Source: Myxococcota bacterium (lineage in GTDB: Bacteria; Myxococcota_C; UBA6777). From it: a stretch of DNA of 58,995 nucleotides. The translations under genes and the position numbers were made by a program. This document shows, in pieces, positions 46,727 through 55,364 of this stretch. Where the stretch lies: the NCBI GenBank assembly GCA_023150835.1, contig JAKLKB010000025.1, positions 1 to 58,995 on the forward strand, given 5' to 3'. Below the pieces are notes generated by a model. The model did no database searches, was not told the DNA's origin, and saw only the letters and a program-made list of their open reading frames with translations. Positions within the stretch are counted from its first letter, which is position 1; each line of letters starts with the position of its first letter.

Positions 46727-47536
46727 TTAACGCCCACACAAGCTGCGCACATTGCGGAGTTTTTCGCGTGCTTCTTCTTTGAGCGGAGAAGAGGGAAAGC
46801 GCTTGATCAACAAACGCAAAAAGGCTTTCCCTGCGTTGCAATCTTTCATCTTATAAAAGACTTGGCCTAGCTTCAGGTACGCTTTATCGACTTGATCGCC
46901 GTCCTTAAACTTTTTGAGCACAGCGTTGTAGTACATGCTTGCTTGCACGTAGTTGTTCAGTTCAACAAAGCAGTCGCCCATCAAGATATAAGCGTCGTCC
47001 GTATAAGGATCGCTCGGATACTTCTTGATAAACTCTTTAAGCCGATCGCGAGCCGTTTCGTATTGCTTGTTGTCAAACAATGCCTTGGCCGCCTTGTACA
47101 ACCCTTCGGTCGAGACGATCTGGACGGTGGTTGTGCCGTCTGCTTTTTTGGCCGCAGGGTCGCCAAAGCTCGCACTATAGGCCGCGTACAGCTTCTCGTG
47201 CTGTTCTTTGAGCGTGTTAAAGGACTGCTCCAACACCTGATAACGCCCCAACAATTGTTGGTGATCTCGCCGTATCTCGTCGAGCTTTGCGTCAAACTCT
47301 GCGAAGTTCACACGCCCTTCTTTTGTAAAGTTTTTGAGTACCTTGTTGATCTTGACCAGCTCGCTTTGTGCTTTGGCCATGTCTGACAAAAGCTGCTGCT
47401 GTTTGGTCGTCAGATCGGCGATCTGGCCTTTTATCCGCGTTTGTCGCGTTTCAACCTTTTGCAGATCGCCTTGGGTGGCACAGCCCCAAGAACCCCACAC
47501 CACCATAAAACACAGCAGGATATGTTCGGCCTTCAT
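46727..47536 (-). CDS. cpoB: CpoB/YbgF-like coiled-coil-TPR lipoprotein (paralog 1)
   Basis: WGCATQ lipobox, coiled coil, FIKKYPSDPYTDDA, AYLKLG and LIKRFPSS. Directly downstream of the pal-like gene. Confidence 0.85.
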   Translation of the reverse strand: MKAEHILLCFMVVWGSWGCATQGDLQKVETRQTRIKGQIADLTTKQQQLLSDMAKAQSELVKINKVLKNFTKEGRVNFAEFDAKLDEIRRDHQQLLGRYQVLEQSFNTLKEQHEKLYAAYSASFGDPAAKKADGTTTVQIVSTEGLYKAAKALFDNKQYETARDRLKEFIKKYPSDPYTDDAYILMGDCFVELNNYVQASMYYNAVLKKFKDGDQVDKAYLKLGQVFYKMKDCNAGKAFLRLLIKRFPSSPLKEEAREKLRNVRSLCGR

Positions 47537-47695
47537 CCAATTCTCCGATATCTTCAACACCCCATCACTCCGTGATGCGGGCTGAGAACCCACAAACAAA
47601 CAAGCCCCGAAGGGATGTCTCTCTTCAGGGCTTTTAAGAGCCACCTCATCTACGCAGCACATCGCATAGACGGGACAAGTTTCGAGCTTCTTCTG

Positions 47696-48607
47696 TCAAG
47701 GACAGCCATCGCGCAAGTCAAACACGGCTCGGCGGTTCTTTTGGTGTTGCTCATCTGTCGAAGCATTCGGCACTTCGGGTTCTTCTTTGCCTTTGGACAC
47801 CACCGTACAAAAGCGATCTTTTTCCACACCCAGTTTCGTGAGGTACGAACGGGCAGACTTTGCGCGGCGCTCCCCAAGGCGGATGTTAAACTCGCGTGTT
47901 CCGCGTTCGTCGGCGTGGCCTGTGATCACGATCTTCTTGTCTTTCATCTTGGTGATGCAAGTGATGTTTTCTTTCAAGGTCTCTTTGGCATCGCTGCGGA
48001 TAAACGAGCGGTTGTAGTCGTAGTATACTTTCTTCAACTCGCAAGCATCTTCGACACACTGGCCGTTTTCGCACTTTTTGCCCGCTGCACAAGGTTTGGA
48101 ACCCGAGCAACCACCGACGCATTGGCGTTCACATGCACCCGAACCTGTCGACTTGCAGATCTGTTGACCCGGGCAGTCCGAGTCTTGTCCACATGGTGGA
48201 GGCTTGTCGATGCACTGATGACTTTTGCAGACTTTGCAGACATCCCCATCACAAGGGTTGTCGCCGTCGTTTTCGCAGATCCACTTGCATCCCAACGTCG
48301 TTGGATCGCAGCGTTTTCCGCCCGGACAAGTGACGTCGCCACAGGTCTTTTCAACACACTTGTAGCCTTCGCATTTTTGGCGATCACCGCAATCTTTTTC
48401 GTTGCGGCATTCTTGACATTGTCCTTGGACACAAAAGTAGTTTTTCTTTGTCGCGTTGCCTTCTTTGTCGGGGCGGCAATGCTTATCGCTATCACATTTG
48501 GGCCACGGGGGTTCACAGGCCGCGAACACGATCCAACCCACACCAAGCACAGACAACAGCAACCACCTGCGGACGAGCGCCGCAAGATTCGTAGCGTACA
48601 TGTTCAT
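47696..48607 (-). CDS. pal: OmpA/Pal-family peptidoglycan-binding lipoprotein with Cys-rich N-terminal repeats
   Basis: FAAC lipobox, YYDYNRS.I, GHADERGTREFNIRLGERRA, SKGKEEP and KNRRAVF. Confidence 0.85.
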   Translation of the reverse strand: MNMYATNLAALVRRWLLLSVLGVGWIVFAACEPPWPKCDSDKHCRPDKEGNATKKNYFCVQGQCQECRNEKDCGDRQKCEGYKCVEKTCGDVTCPGGKRCDPTTLGCKWICENDGDNPCDGDVCKVCKSHQCIDKPPPCGQDSDCPGQQICKSTGSGACERQCVGGCSGSKPCAAGKKCENGQCVEDACELKKVYYDYNRSFIRSDAKETLKENITCITKMKDKKIVITGHADERGTREFNIRLGERRAKSARSYLTKLGVEKDRFCTVVSKGKEEPEVPNASTDEQHQKNRRAVFDLRDGCP

Positions 48608-48901
48608 CTCCTACGCGATACATCGAGAAGTCGAGAATTCAAGGCCAGTGAGTACGCGCTGAGGCTGCGGAATTCTCTCTTTCGCTTCAACAAGGCTTCT
48701 TGAACAGAACCTTCTATTCAAAAAGGTACAAAGCTGTTTTTTTTGGTATCTGATCATCCAAACGGTGTCAACTTTACTGCTTTTTTTCGTTCCATCCTGC
48801 GTTTCGGGATGTCTCCTTTGGGTCGAATGACACGGCGCGATCTCACAAACCACGCTCGATGTCAAGAGCGGCGATGACTTCCCGTCGGTTGGGAAGCGAG
48901 A

Positions 48902-50269
48902 TCATGTATCTTTGTTCGCTGCGGATTGCAATGGAAAACGCACACAAAAACAAGCCCCTCCCCATCTTTCGGAGGTCGTCACTTTGATATCCCCTTGGTA
49001 AGATTGAAGGATCTGCGTCACGCTATACAGACCAAGCCCTGCTCCGCTCATGTTCCTCTTCCACATCTGCTCTCGATCGTTTTGCGCTGCATCTGGCGAG
49101 CCTGCTTCTCTTTGTGTTGTAATCGGCGGCAGATTCGGCGTTTTAGATGTCGATTCGGTGGCAAGGCGTTTGGTGGTGAAAAAAGGGTCAAAGATCCGTT
49201 CACGCAACGCGATTGGAACTCCCGGCCCGTTGTCGTGAAGTTCAAATCCGATGTATCGGGCCTCTGCAAACACGCGCAAGTGTAGTTTGGGTTCGGGTGT
49301 CTCGATCATCGCATCCAAGGCGTTGCGCACCAAGTTTCCAAAGATCTGGGAGATGTCCACATAATTCGCCCTGATCGAGGGCATCTCTTTCGGAAGATCG
49401 AGCGAGACTTGAACGCAATGACGTAAAAAGGGGTCTGCTTGCAAAAAGGTGAGTTCTTGTTGGAGGGCTTCTGCGAGGTTCAGGGGCCGTCGTTCGGGAT
49501 CTTGTTCCATGCGGCTTTTGGAGATCAGATTCTCGATCAACGCTTGAATCCGATTCATTGCTTCGTGGATCGTGCGCATCGAAGGCCGCCATGCGATCGG
49601 TGGAAAGCCGCGTTCTTCTTCAAATTGTTCAAGGGAGTCGCACAATTGTTCGATATGCCCCAAGATCAAACCAAGCGGCGTGTTGAGGTTGTGGCAGATC
49701 CCTTGTACCAAAGCTCCGATGGCTGCTTGTTTTTGTTGGCGCAGCAGATCTTCTTGGGTCAGGCGCAGGTGTTTGTTGGCCTCTCGCAGATCGCGCTCTG
49801 TCTCCCGAAGCTTGGCGTTGCTTTCTTCGAGTTCTTCTAAATAGCGCTTGGCGGTCTTTTGAAGACGATGCCTTTCGAGACCTTTGGCTGCGATATCGAG
49901 CAGGTCTTCGGGCAGGCAAGGCTTTAAGATCAAGTAGTACAGATCTAGCCGATTGATCGCTTTGACCGCGTCTGCTTTCTCGACTCTCCCCGAGATCATG
50001 ATCTGTGTCGCCAGCGGCTGGATTTGTTTGGCTTGTTCGAGGACTTCGATCCCCGTCAGGTGCGGCGTGTTCTCCAGTTTGAAGTCCACCAGCATCAAAC
50101 CCACGGGATGTTGCTTCAAAAAATCCAACGCTTCTTGAGCGTGCGAAAAGCCGTGGACATTCCATGTCTTGTTCATACGAAGATTTCCGACGAGTCCCCG
50201 CAAGACTTGTGCTTCGTTGTCTAAAACGAGGATCTCTTCTTGTTCTGTCTTGCGCTGTACGGGTTGCAT
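48902..50269 (-). CDS. Hybrid cytoplasmic histidine kinase (receiver - coiled coil - HisKA - HATPase)
   Basis: Receiver ILVLDNE..LVD..ILKP, H-box GICHNLNTPL, then NLVRNALDA, DNGPG, FDPFFTTK and GAGLGL. Confidence 0.92.
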   Translation of the reverse strand: MQPVQRKTEQEEILVLDNEAQVLRGLVGNLRMNKTWNVHGFSHAQEALDFLKQHPVGLMLVDFKLENTPHLTGIEVLEQAKQIQPLATQIMISGRVEKADAVKAINRLDLYYLILKPCLPEDLLDIAAKGLERHRLQKTAKRYLEELEESNAKLRETERDLREANKHLRLTQEDLLRQQKQAAIGALVQGICHNLNTPLGLILGHIEQLCDSLEQFEEERGFPPIAWRPSMRTIHEAMNRIQALIENLISKSRMEQDPERRPLNLAEALQQELTFLQADPFLRHCVQVSLDLPKEMPSIRANYVDISQIFGNLVRNALDAMIETPEPKLHLRVFAEARYIGFELHDNGPGVPIALRERIFDPFFTTKRLATESTSKTPNLPPITTQREAGSPDAAQNDREQMWKRNMSGAGLGLYSVTQILQSYQGDIKVTTSERWGGACFCVRFPLQSAANKDT

Positions 50270-50651
50270 CGTGCTCTTCTCTCCACTTCTTAGATCGTAT
50301 CTTCCCACAAAAACACAGGAAATCGCGCTCTTTCTTTTTTGCTCTGGCTTGACACTTCTTTTCAAAACAGGCAAAAAAAAGAGTGCAAACATCGCTTCGA
50401 TGGGTCACTCTCGGACCACGGAGTGTTGCGCTTGATCGCCTTGGCTCTCTAAAAGCAACACAAATGTTTCCCGAATGGAAGAGAGCATACACCAAAGAAG
50501 CCCATACTCCGAAAGAAAACCGCGCAACTGATTCGTACTTTGTCTTGTGCTTGATACACACAACAGATTCGATCCCATACCCAACATACCGATCCAACGG
50601 ATCGCGCTCATCGAATATGGACCGCCACCCAACACGCAAGGAGCAAATCGC

Positions 50652-53600
50652 ATGAATCAACGTCGTCTTCCCAACACTTCGATCCCTTGGTGGGGAGGGG
50701 CCTTGACCTTCCTTGCCGTGATGATCGGGCTACTCGCGTATGCTCCCGATGTACGCGCTCAATCTGCAAACTGCCAAGCCCCTAACCTCATGATGATCCT
50801 CGACCAATCCGGCAGTATGCAGCCTTCTTATGGGTATGTAAACAGCGGTCGGGCTTGTTCTGCCGCATCCCAATGCTCCCCGATGTTACGGACGTATCAG
50901 CCTTACCCCGGTTATACGCCGCGTTACACATACCAATGCACATCCAGCACTTGCCGCTATGGTCGGTGGGATGTGGCCGTCAACGCCCTTAAAGAAGTGG
51001 CCTACCAGTACGGTGGAACCGCAGGACAAAACTATGCCGATCGCAAGATCCGCTTTGGCTTGACGCTGTTCAGCAGCGGTGCCACTGTCACCAACAACAT
51101 CGTCTCTGATCCTCCGGCGATTAGCACGACGCTCAGCAGCAGCAGTGCCGGCGGCGGCACCAACTACACCGCCGCCTTTCAAGCCGCTCGCACTCATCTC
51201 CAAACGGTTGTGAATGCTGATACGATCAAAAACCGCCCCACCCACATCATGTTTATCACAGACGGTGATCCCGGCGATGGATGCGCTGATGACAACACCG
51301 CGAACTCTGTTCCTATTGTTCGTGACCTTTACAACGGTACAGGCAGCAACCGTCTGGTTGATAACCTCGGCAACGTCTATCGCGTCAAGACTTACGTGAT
51401 CGGTTTCGGTTCGGGTCTTAGTGTAAACGGCCAAGCCTGCTTGAACCTTCTTGCCAAGCTCGGCGGCACCCAACGTTGTGATCCGTCGATCTCTGGCTGT
51501 GTCGCTTACTATGCCGCTGACAACAGCACCCAGCTACAAAATGCGATGAACGCCATCATCAACAACGCCACCCAAGAAGTGTGTGATGGTCTTGACAACG
51601 ACTGCGACGGCCAAGTCGACAACGGCATCGCTGGAACAGGCGTCGCTTGCACCACCGGTCAAGCAGGCATCTGTAGCGCAGGAACCACCCAATGTACGGG
51701 CGGTGGTGGCCTCCAATGTGTCCGCACTTCCGCACCGCGCACCGAGACCTGCAATGGCCTTGATGACAACTGCAACGGAAGCGTCGACGAAAACAACGCG
51801 GGCGGCGGCGGCGCTTGCAATACCGGAAAACTGGGCATCTGTAGTGCCGGTGTCCTCCAATGCCAAAGCGGCGCACTTCGCTGCGTCCAATCCAATCAAC
51901 CCCGCACCGAGACCTGCAACGGCCTTGATGACGACTGCAACGGAACCATCGACGAAAACAACCCGGGCGGCGGTGGTGCTTGTACGACCGGTCAACAGGG
52001 CGTTTGTAGCGCAGGCACACGACAGTGCCAAAACGGCGCGTTGGCTTGCGTCCGTACCACCAACCCCTCCGCCGAAAAGTGCAACGGTATCGACGATGAC
52101 TGCGACGGAACCATCGACAACGGATTTGCAAATCTCGGTCAGACCTGCAATGCTGGACAAGGTGCCTGCGGAAACAGCGGTCAATATGTCTGTAATTCGG
52201 CAGGCACGGGGACTGTGTGCAACGTCCAACCCGGTGTGCCTTCTCCTGAGATCTGCAACGGCATCGACGACAACTGCAATGGAACCATCGACGAAAACAA
52301 CCCGGGCGGCGGTGGTGCTTGTACGACCGGTCAACAGGGCGTTTGTAGCGCAGGTACACTCCAATGCCAAAGCGGGCGATTGAATTGCGTCCGAACGATC
52401 GCACCCAGTACGGAAAAATGCGATGGTCTCGACAATGATTGCAATGGCCAGATCGATGAAAATAACCCGGGTGGTGGTGGCGCTTGCAACACAGGTGAAA
52501 AGGGCGTCTGTTCCGCAGGGACACAACGATGCCAAAACGGCGCGCTGGCTTGTGTGCGCTCGGTCAACCCAAGCCCTGAAAAGTGCGATGGTCTTGACAA
52601 CAACTGCGACGGCCAAGTCGACGAAGGAAACCCCGATGGTGGAGCGGCTTGTACCACCAGCGAACCCGGTATTTGTGGACCCGGAGCCCAACAATGCCGC
52701 AACGGTGCGCTGCGTTGTATCCGCATCAAAAACCCCGAACCCGAAGAGTGCGATGGCATCGACAACAACTGCAACGGACAGATCGACGAAGACTTCACCA
52801 ACCTCGGACAAGCCTGCAAGGGTGGCACGGGTGGATGTGAACGCTCTGGAAAGTTCGTCTGTACGCCCGACAAAAAAGCAACCACGTGCGACGCCGTCGC
52901 AGGAAACCCCACCCCCGAGGATTGCAACGGCAAAGACGACGATTGCAACGGCCAGATCGACGATGGCCTCACCCGTAATTGCCAAACCAGTTGCGAAAGT
53001 GGTGTCGAGCTTTGCCAAAACGGCAAGTGGCAGGCCTGTACCGCCAAACAGCCCCAGCCCGAAACCTGCAACAACGTGGATGATGACTGCAACGGTACCA
53101 TCGACGACGGTTTGACGCAGCCTTGTTCGACCGCTTGTGGCAACGGCACTGAAGAATGTCGCGCCGGAAAATGGGTGTTTTGCACCGCGACTAAACCAGA
53201 AGCCGAAGTCTGCGATGGCAAAGACAACGATTGCAACGGCAAAATCGATGACGGCATCCCCGACAAACCTTGCGCGGGTGCCTGTGGCCAAGGCAAAGCT
53301 TCTTGCGTCAACGGCCAATTCAGCGGCTGTTCGGGGCCTCAACCTGAACCCGAGATCTGCGACGGCAAAGACAACGATTGCAACGGCCTGATCGACGACA
53401 AGCTCTTCCGTGTCTGCAAGTCCGATTGCGGCGAAGGCGAAGAGATCTGCCAAAATGGTCAATGGTCGACTTGTAATGCCCCCAAACCCAAAACCGAAGT
53501 CTGCAACGGCCTTGATGACGATTGTGACGGAAAGACCGACAACAACGCTCCCTGTCCCTCCGGTGAAGCCTGTATCCAAGGGGCTTGTCGTCGAAACTGT

Positions 53601-54494
53601 CGCAACGGCGAATGCCCACGCGGTCAAGACTGTCGCGACAACGTCTGCTACGGCTGCGACAACGTCGTCTGCCCCTCCGACAAAAAATGCCAAGACGGGA
53701 TTTGTGTCGATGCTTGCATCGGCGTCACTTGCCCTGCGGGTGAAGCCTGTAAAAACGGAAAATGCGTCGAAGACAACTGCTATGGCCTTGGTTGTCCAAA
53801 CGGCCAACTTTGTCAAAACGGCAAATGTATCAGCGATCCTTGCAAAGGGATCTCTTGTGCGACCAACCAATTCTGCAAAGAAGGCAAGTGCGTAGATATC
53901 TGTGATCCGAAAACTTGTTCTTCTTCCCAAAGCTGCGGAAGTAGCGGCCAATGCGTCGATGATCCCTGCAAAGGTGTTTCCTGCGATCCCGGCAAGGTCT
54001 GCAACGACAAAGGCCAGTGTATCGGCGATCCTTGTGCGGGTGTTCAATGCCCAAGCGGTCGTGTCTGCAAAGAAGGCAAGTGCGGAGATGATCCTTGTCT
54101 TGCGGTCTCTTGCCCAACACAAAGCCGTTGTGTTAATGGTGTTTGTGTGAAAGATCCAACGACTGGCGAACCCGGCAGCGAACAAACTGGACAAGAACAA
54201 ACCCAAGGCGAGAACAACACCAACGACGGCCAAAACGATGGAAGTCCCAACCCCGACGATCCCAACACCAACAAAGAATCCACGGACCCCACCGAAAACG
54301 GCCAAAACTCCGAACAAGATATCACCAACGGCGACAAAAATATCGGCGGAAACAGCCCCGATACTCCCGGCTCAGAACGCTATCAATCGCCCGCTGGTTG
54401 TGGCTGTGATGCCCAGTCGCCCGTCACCTTCTCGCTTCTCCTCTTCCTCTTGTTCCTCTTCCCCCTTGCTCGCCGCCGGAGAACTCGCGCCTAG
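50652..54494 (+). CDS. Surface adhesin-like protein: VWA + 13 MopE-like (CxGxDxxCxG) repeats + EGF-like Cys repeats + MYXO-CTERM-like tail
   Basis: Signal peptide, MIDAS DQSGS..T..ITDG, repeats counted in the translation, and GCGCDA..TM..RRRRTRA. Confidence 0.9.
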   Translation: MNQRRLPNTSIPWWGGALTFLAVMIGLLAYAPDVRAQSANCQAPNLMMILDQSGSMQPSYGYVNSGRACSAASQCSPMLRTYQPYPGYTPRYTYQCTSSTCRYGRWDVAVNALKEVAYQYGGTAGQNYADRKIRFGLTLFSSGATVTNNIVSDPPAISTTLSSSSAGGGTNYTAAFQAARTHLQTVVNADTIKNRPTHIMFITDGDPGDGCADDNTANSVPIVRDLYNGTGSNRLVDNLGNVYRVKTYVIGFGSGLSVNGQACLNLLAKLGGTQRCDPSISGCVAYYAADNSTQLQNAMNAIINNATQEVCDGLDNDCDGQVDNGIAGTGVACTTGQAGICSAGTTQCTGGGGLQCVRTSAPRTETCNGLDDNCNGSVDENNAGGGGACNTGKLGICSAGVLQCQSGALRCVQSNQPRTETCNGLDDDCNGTIDENNPGGGGACTTGQQGVCSAGTRQCQNGALACVRTTNPSAEKCNGIDDDCDGTIDNGFANLGQTCNAGQGACGNSGQYVCNSAGTGTVCNVQPGVPSPEICNGIDDNCNGTIDENNPGGGGACTTGQQGVCSAGTLQCQSGRLNCVRTIAPSTEKCDGLDNDCNGQIDENNPGGGGACNTGEKGVCSAGTQRCQNGALACVRSVNPSPEKCDGLDNNCDGQVDEGNPDGGAACTTSEPGICGPGAQQCRNGALRCIRIKNPEPEECDGIDNNCNGQIDEDFTNLGQACKGGTGGCERSGKFVCTPDKKATTCDAVAGNPTPEDCNGKDDDCNGQIDDGLTRNCQTSCESGVELCQNGKWQACTAKQPQPETCNNVDDDCNGTIDDGLTQPCSTACGNGTEECRAGKWVFCTATKPEAEVCDGKDNDCNGKIDDGIPDKPCAGACGQGKASCVNGQFSGCSGPQPEPEICDGKDNDCNGLIDDKLFRVCKSDCGEGEEICQNGQWSTCNAPKPKTEVCNGLDDDCDGKTDNNAPCPSGEACIQGACRRNCRNGECPRGQDCRDNVCYGCDNVVCPSDKKCQDGICVDACIGVTCPAGEACKNGKCVEDNCYGLGCPNGQLCQNGKCISDPCKGISCATNQFCKEGKCVDICDPKTCSSSQSCGSSGQCVDDPCKGVSCDPGKVCNDKGQCIGDPCAGVQCPSGRVCKEGKCGDDPCLAVSCPTQSRCVNGVCVKDPTTGEPGSEQTGQEQTQGENNTNDGQNDGSPNPDDPNTNKESTDPTENGQNSEQDITNGDKNIGGNSPDTPGSERYQSPAGCGCDAQSPVTFSLLLFLLFLFPLARRRRTRA

Positions 54495-54518
54495 TCCAAA
54501 CCAAAGGTGGCGCCCCGT

Positions 54519-55214
54519 ATGAAACTCTCCGTTCTCCTCCTCCGCTTCCTCTGTTTTTTCTTGCTTGTCTCCCTTGTCGCTTGCCAAACCACCGTCAAGC
54601 TCGAAGCCCCCACCTGCAACCTCAGCGATCTCCCGCCCAATGGTACCGCCAAATCCCAATTCAAAACCTTCCAAAACACCCCATCCGCCAAGCTATACGG
54701 CTGCGTGCTTGCTTTTTGGAACAATCAAACCGATGTCGTCCAACCCGTCGTCCTCAACCCCGATGGAGCCGTCAAAGGGCGCAGCGCAAGCAGCGAAGAC
54801 GCTCCCCTCGCTTTGGAGATCCCCGCCAACGCAAAGCAACAGACCTTGTTGTTTCGGATGTACCTCTTGCGCCCCTCTCAAAGCGAACAGCCCAACGCCC
54901 TCTCTTTTGAGGCCCATCGCGGCGTCTGTCCCAAGATGGGCTTCCTTGACTACGACTGTTTCAAGCCCGATAACGACGAAAAGTGCTGGCTTGCGATCTC
55001 TTTCCAACCCAAGGCCATCCCCGCCAACCTCAACGTCTATCAGCTCGATCCCACCAACAACACCACCTGCAAGATCTGCTCACCCGAGATCTGCGACAAC
55101 CTAGACAACAATTGCAACGGCATGATCGACGAATTTGACGAAGAAAACGGGCGCACCGCTTGCCCTATCGCCGAAGCAAGCGCCGCAAAAGACGGCGGAC
55201 CCGATCAACCCTAA
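54519..55214 (+). CDS. Lipoprotein with one C-terminal MopE-like repeat
   Basis: LVAC lipobox and EICDNLDNNCNGMIDE. Confidence 0.85.
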   Translation: MKLSVLLLRFLCFFLLVSLVACQTTVKLEAPTCNLSDLPPNGTAKSQFKTFQNTPSAKLYGCVLAFWNNQTDVVQPVVLNPDGAVKGRSASSEDAPLALEIPANAKQQTLLFRMYLLRPSQSEQPNALSFEAHRGVCPKMGFLDYDCFKPDNDEKCWLAISFQPKAIPANLNVYQLDPTNNTTCKICSPEICDNLDNNCNGMIDEFDEENGRTACPIAEASAAKDGGPDQP

Positions 55215-55364
55215 TCAACGGGAGCGCCGCAAAAGACGGTGGACCCGATTAATCCGAATTTTCTGCCCCTATCCGCTTGTCCATCAACCTCCAAGATGGC
55301 GCTTCGCGCCCGAGCGAAGCCAAAAACAGACGCCGCGCTGGCGTTGTCGTATGAGGTTTATTCC

